A stretch of DNA of 64,000 nt from Spizellomyces punctatus DAOM BR117 (Eukaryota), in NCBI GenBank assembly GCA_000182565.2, contig KQ257453.1, one strand, 5' to 3'. A program made the position numbers and the translations under genes. Positions 61,243 to 64,000 of the stretch are shown here, piece by piece. Position 1 is the stretch's first letter; each line of letters begins with the position of its first letter. The notes beneath the pieces were generated by a model. That model did no database searches, was not told where the DNA came from, and saw only the letters and a program-made list of their open reading frames with translations.

Positions 61243-61635
61243 ATGTCCAAACCAAACATTGATGAACTCGGCGGCATGGCATCTCGCAACAAAGACCACA
61301 CCCACTACCCACCCCACTTGCAAAGCCATCTCACTACCGACGAACGGGGTGTCATGATTGGCAACGAGGATCCGTCCTCAAAGCCCAAGGCTACTAGCAA
61401 CCCCGAAGAAGTGAACACGGCCTTCGCATCTAAACCCCTTGAACAAGCCCTTCCCCCGCAACACGCGGGAACGATTGATGAACTGGGTGGAATGGCGTCG
61501 CATAATGTGAAGCATACACATTATCCGCCGCATTTGCAGAGTCGTATTGGTGTGCCGACCATGACGGGAGCGGTGCGTCAGGAGCATCCTGTTTCGCAAG
61601 AGGTTGAAGAAGAGAGTGTTGTTGATGCTTTGTGA
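61243..61635 (+). CDS. Small hydrophilic protein with an internal two-copy repeat
   Basis: Intronless 130-aa ORF with IDELGGMASxNxxHTHYPPHLQS twice, the two copies differing at many synonymous positions. Confidence 0.8.
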   Translation: MSKPNIDELGGMASRNKDHTHYPPHLQSHLTTDERGVMIGNEDPSSKPKATSNPEEVNTAFASKPLEQALPPQHAGTIDELGGMASHNVKHTHYPPHLQSRIGVPTMTGAVRQEHPVSQEVEEESVVDAL

Positions 61636-61791
61636 GGTTGTGGGATGTACTAGGTTGATAAAAGTCTTGTAAATAAAGTTGTTGAATCCAGTGTGCTTTG
61701 TGGTGGTGGTGGTGTCAATGGACATCTATGCACACCAAGATCGAAATCAAAAAGCGTTATTGTTCAATTACGTGTATAAATGCATCTATAT

Positions 61792-63150
61792 CTACAAGAA
61801 AGGTTTCAAAATAGCCAAAACTCGCTTTGCTCTATTTACAATAATCTTTTGGGGTTCAGCCTCTTTTGCCCCTTCATCATCAGAACTCGAACTGCTGTCG
61901 CTCTCTTCATCACTTTCCCCATCTGATTCAATAAATTTGATCTTGTTGCCAATCTGCTCTCCCTTTTTTGGGATAGCGGCTTTTGGATCTGTTAGACGGA
62001 TAATCTCTTTGGCTTCATCGCTCGTTTCCTAGTTTGACAAGGGTAAGAAGGTGTGCTGATGTGGGAAATGAATATACATGGCTTACTTCGCGGGCTTTGT
62101 GGCTGAGATCTTTGATATATTGGAGAGCCAGAGCGAATGCTTCGTCATTCAACTGCAAGATCATCATAAATGTTAGAACCGCTGACATCAAGTTAGGGAA
62201 CGTCGCCGACCTACTTGGTGTGTGTACCACAAATTCCTCAAGATCCAAACTTGTCGGACTTTTTGAAATTTCCAGTTTTCACGGTCGGTAACGTATTGTT
62301 GCAAGTATTCTACTGCCGCCTGCCGTCGTTTACTCTCACCTGGTGCAGACGGTGGAGCCACAAGCAGGGATTTGGCTTTGACCGTAGCGGGTTCTGAGAC
62401 ATTTGTCTCTTCCGCCGCCCCAGGCTTCTCAGTGTTAGACTCTAGTGCACCTTCTTTTGCAAGTAGCTTTTCTCGCATTGATTGGCGCTGTTTGAGTTTT
62501 TGGACGGCGGTTGGTTTGGTTTTTGGTCTTGGTGTTCGCTTTTTTCTTCGCTTCTTTTTCTTTTCAGGAGCACCCGTCGACTCGTTGTCGGGAGTCGTTG
62601 TCACTTTTTGGTCGGAAGCGTCAGCAGGTATATCATCTTCGTCTTCTCCAGAACGTTTTCGCTTCTTGTCCGTTACTTTCTTATCTTCACCTTGCGCTCC
62701 GGTCTCGTCTTTGTTGGATATCACCTTGTTTTCATCTGTGTCCTTCTTGTCCTCCTTCTTTCGCTTTTTCTTTATTGACTCATTCGCGTCCTGTGCATCC
62801 GTACCGGTGCTCTCTTCTTTTTTTACATTGGCATTATCTGCCGCCTTTCGTTTGGACTTTCGTTTCTCCTTGCTTGAGTCAACTTCCGTCTCAGTCTCTG
62901 CTTGTTCCTCGACGCTCTTTTTCTTTTTGGTCATTTCCTTTTTAGGCTTGTCAGCCTGCTCAATGGTTGTGGTATCCTCATCGGCAGCTCCGTCCTTGCT
63001 CTTCTTTTTACTTTTCTTTACTTTATCGCCATTCCCGGATTTATCCCTTTTGGTTCGCTTCTCCTTCTTTTCTGTGTCAGCGCCATCCTCAGCTTCGCAT
63101 GTGGCAGCCTTTCGTTTGGACTTGCGAGGCTTCACTTCCTCGGACGTCAT
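61792..63150 (-). CDS. Lys-rich nucleolar-type protein with WKF domain (C7orf50-like)
   Basis: K/E/D-rich N-terminus then AVEYLQQY...NWKFQKVRQVWIL; later exons LNDEAFALALQYIKDL and RAKRVLAILKPFL*. Confidence 0.8.
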
Positions 63151-63330
63151 GATTCCGCACCACAAAAAACCAAGTGCGACGAAGGCGAGCTACAAGCCAA
63201 AAAGAAGTCACCAATCGCAGAGGCTTAGCAATATACCCCAATATGGTTAAATTACGGGAGTGAGCGAAGTCTAACGCAAAGTCCGCTCAGCACGACATTT
63301 GTTGGTTTTGAGACATGTACACGAATAAAC

Positions 63331-64000
63331 ATGTCAGCGCTTGGCGAGGAGGATAATACCGTAAAGACATTGTCGCTGTCGTTTGGTGGCCAATATGGGC
63401 TGCCGGTAGCTAAGAGTCTTGAGCAAAGATTGGCTGAAGAGAATCCCTCGTTGCCGTCCTTTATGGTCCGACCGTCTGCACATGCTTCCCTTTCAGCTCC
63501 ACGTAATAACACCTCCCTACCATCCACAACAATGTCATCTGCAACTGTACCAACGAGGTCATGCGTACGCTTTGTGGACACTTCCCACCGGGATTTCTTT
63601 GCGTCAAAAGAATATCAAGCACACTGCGACTTTGACACTCCAAATCAAGCTGAAGGAGCGCGGTGGAGTACATTAGGGGAGTTGGCGCACCAATTAAGCT
63701 TTGCCCTCGATCTGCTCGAATTTGAGGGCGGCCGAGGGTTTGAGGCAGAGATCTTGCGAGTTGCTGTGGATGACATTATTGATGCGACGCTAGAGGATCC
63801 CGAGGTGGATGTTGATTTGGAAGTCAAGGTGCAGGCATTGCTGGACCGGACAAGGACGCTCATTGATTGTGCTATGGTAGTAAATAAGAGTACTTGCTTG
63901 ATGTGCGCATTTCCCTTGAAAACGATATGTTCCTATCCGCACAGGAGCATGGGACTTTGAACACTGCCAAAAAGCTCATGGACATTTACGGCATGGACTG
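63331..64000 (+). CDS. Hypothetical protein, 3'-partial
   Basis: 209-aa ORF with a helical-looking region, probably spliced and continuing past the window edge. No family recognised. Confidence 0.5.

Noticed and set aside
62372-63250. 292-aa plus-strand S/F-rich ORF
   Set aside because: Antisense shadow of the Lys-rich WKF gene.

Overview
Gene-dense, intron-rich eukaryotic DNA, most likely from an early-diverging fungus. A chytrid-like origin is my inference from the short GT/GC-AG introns and the gene content; it is not proven. About 22 protein-coding genes can be reconstructed: PRP8 (5'-truncated), oligopeptidase B, thymidylate synthase, Phe-tRNA synthetase alpha, PAC3, Mix14/CHCHD5, an At4g15545-like protein, an Nha1-type antiporter, SREBP, Cox4/COX5B, an AA11-type LPMO, a 7TM protein, a PHD protein, Utp22, MGMT, SMC2, KRR1, 4E-BP, 5-oxoprolinase, a WKF-domain protein and a few hypotheticals. 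Mix14, MGMT, 4E-BP and the 7TM protein are missed or only fragmentarily captured by the ORF track because of small exons. The highlight is a 473-aa LAGLIDADG intein (4688-6106) in the RNase H-like domain of Prp8, not at the canonical Prp8-a site. Its splicing motifs look intact, but both endonuclease catalytic Asp residues are Asn. The canonical Prp8-a site is empty and is split by an intron and a 19-nt micro-exon. A gene-poor repeat island at ~16.2-22 kb contains tandem exon+intron units and a duplicated structured element with a compensatory base pair. Exon boundaries were read by eye and may be off by a few bases where noted.
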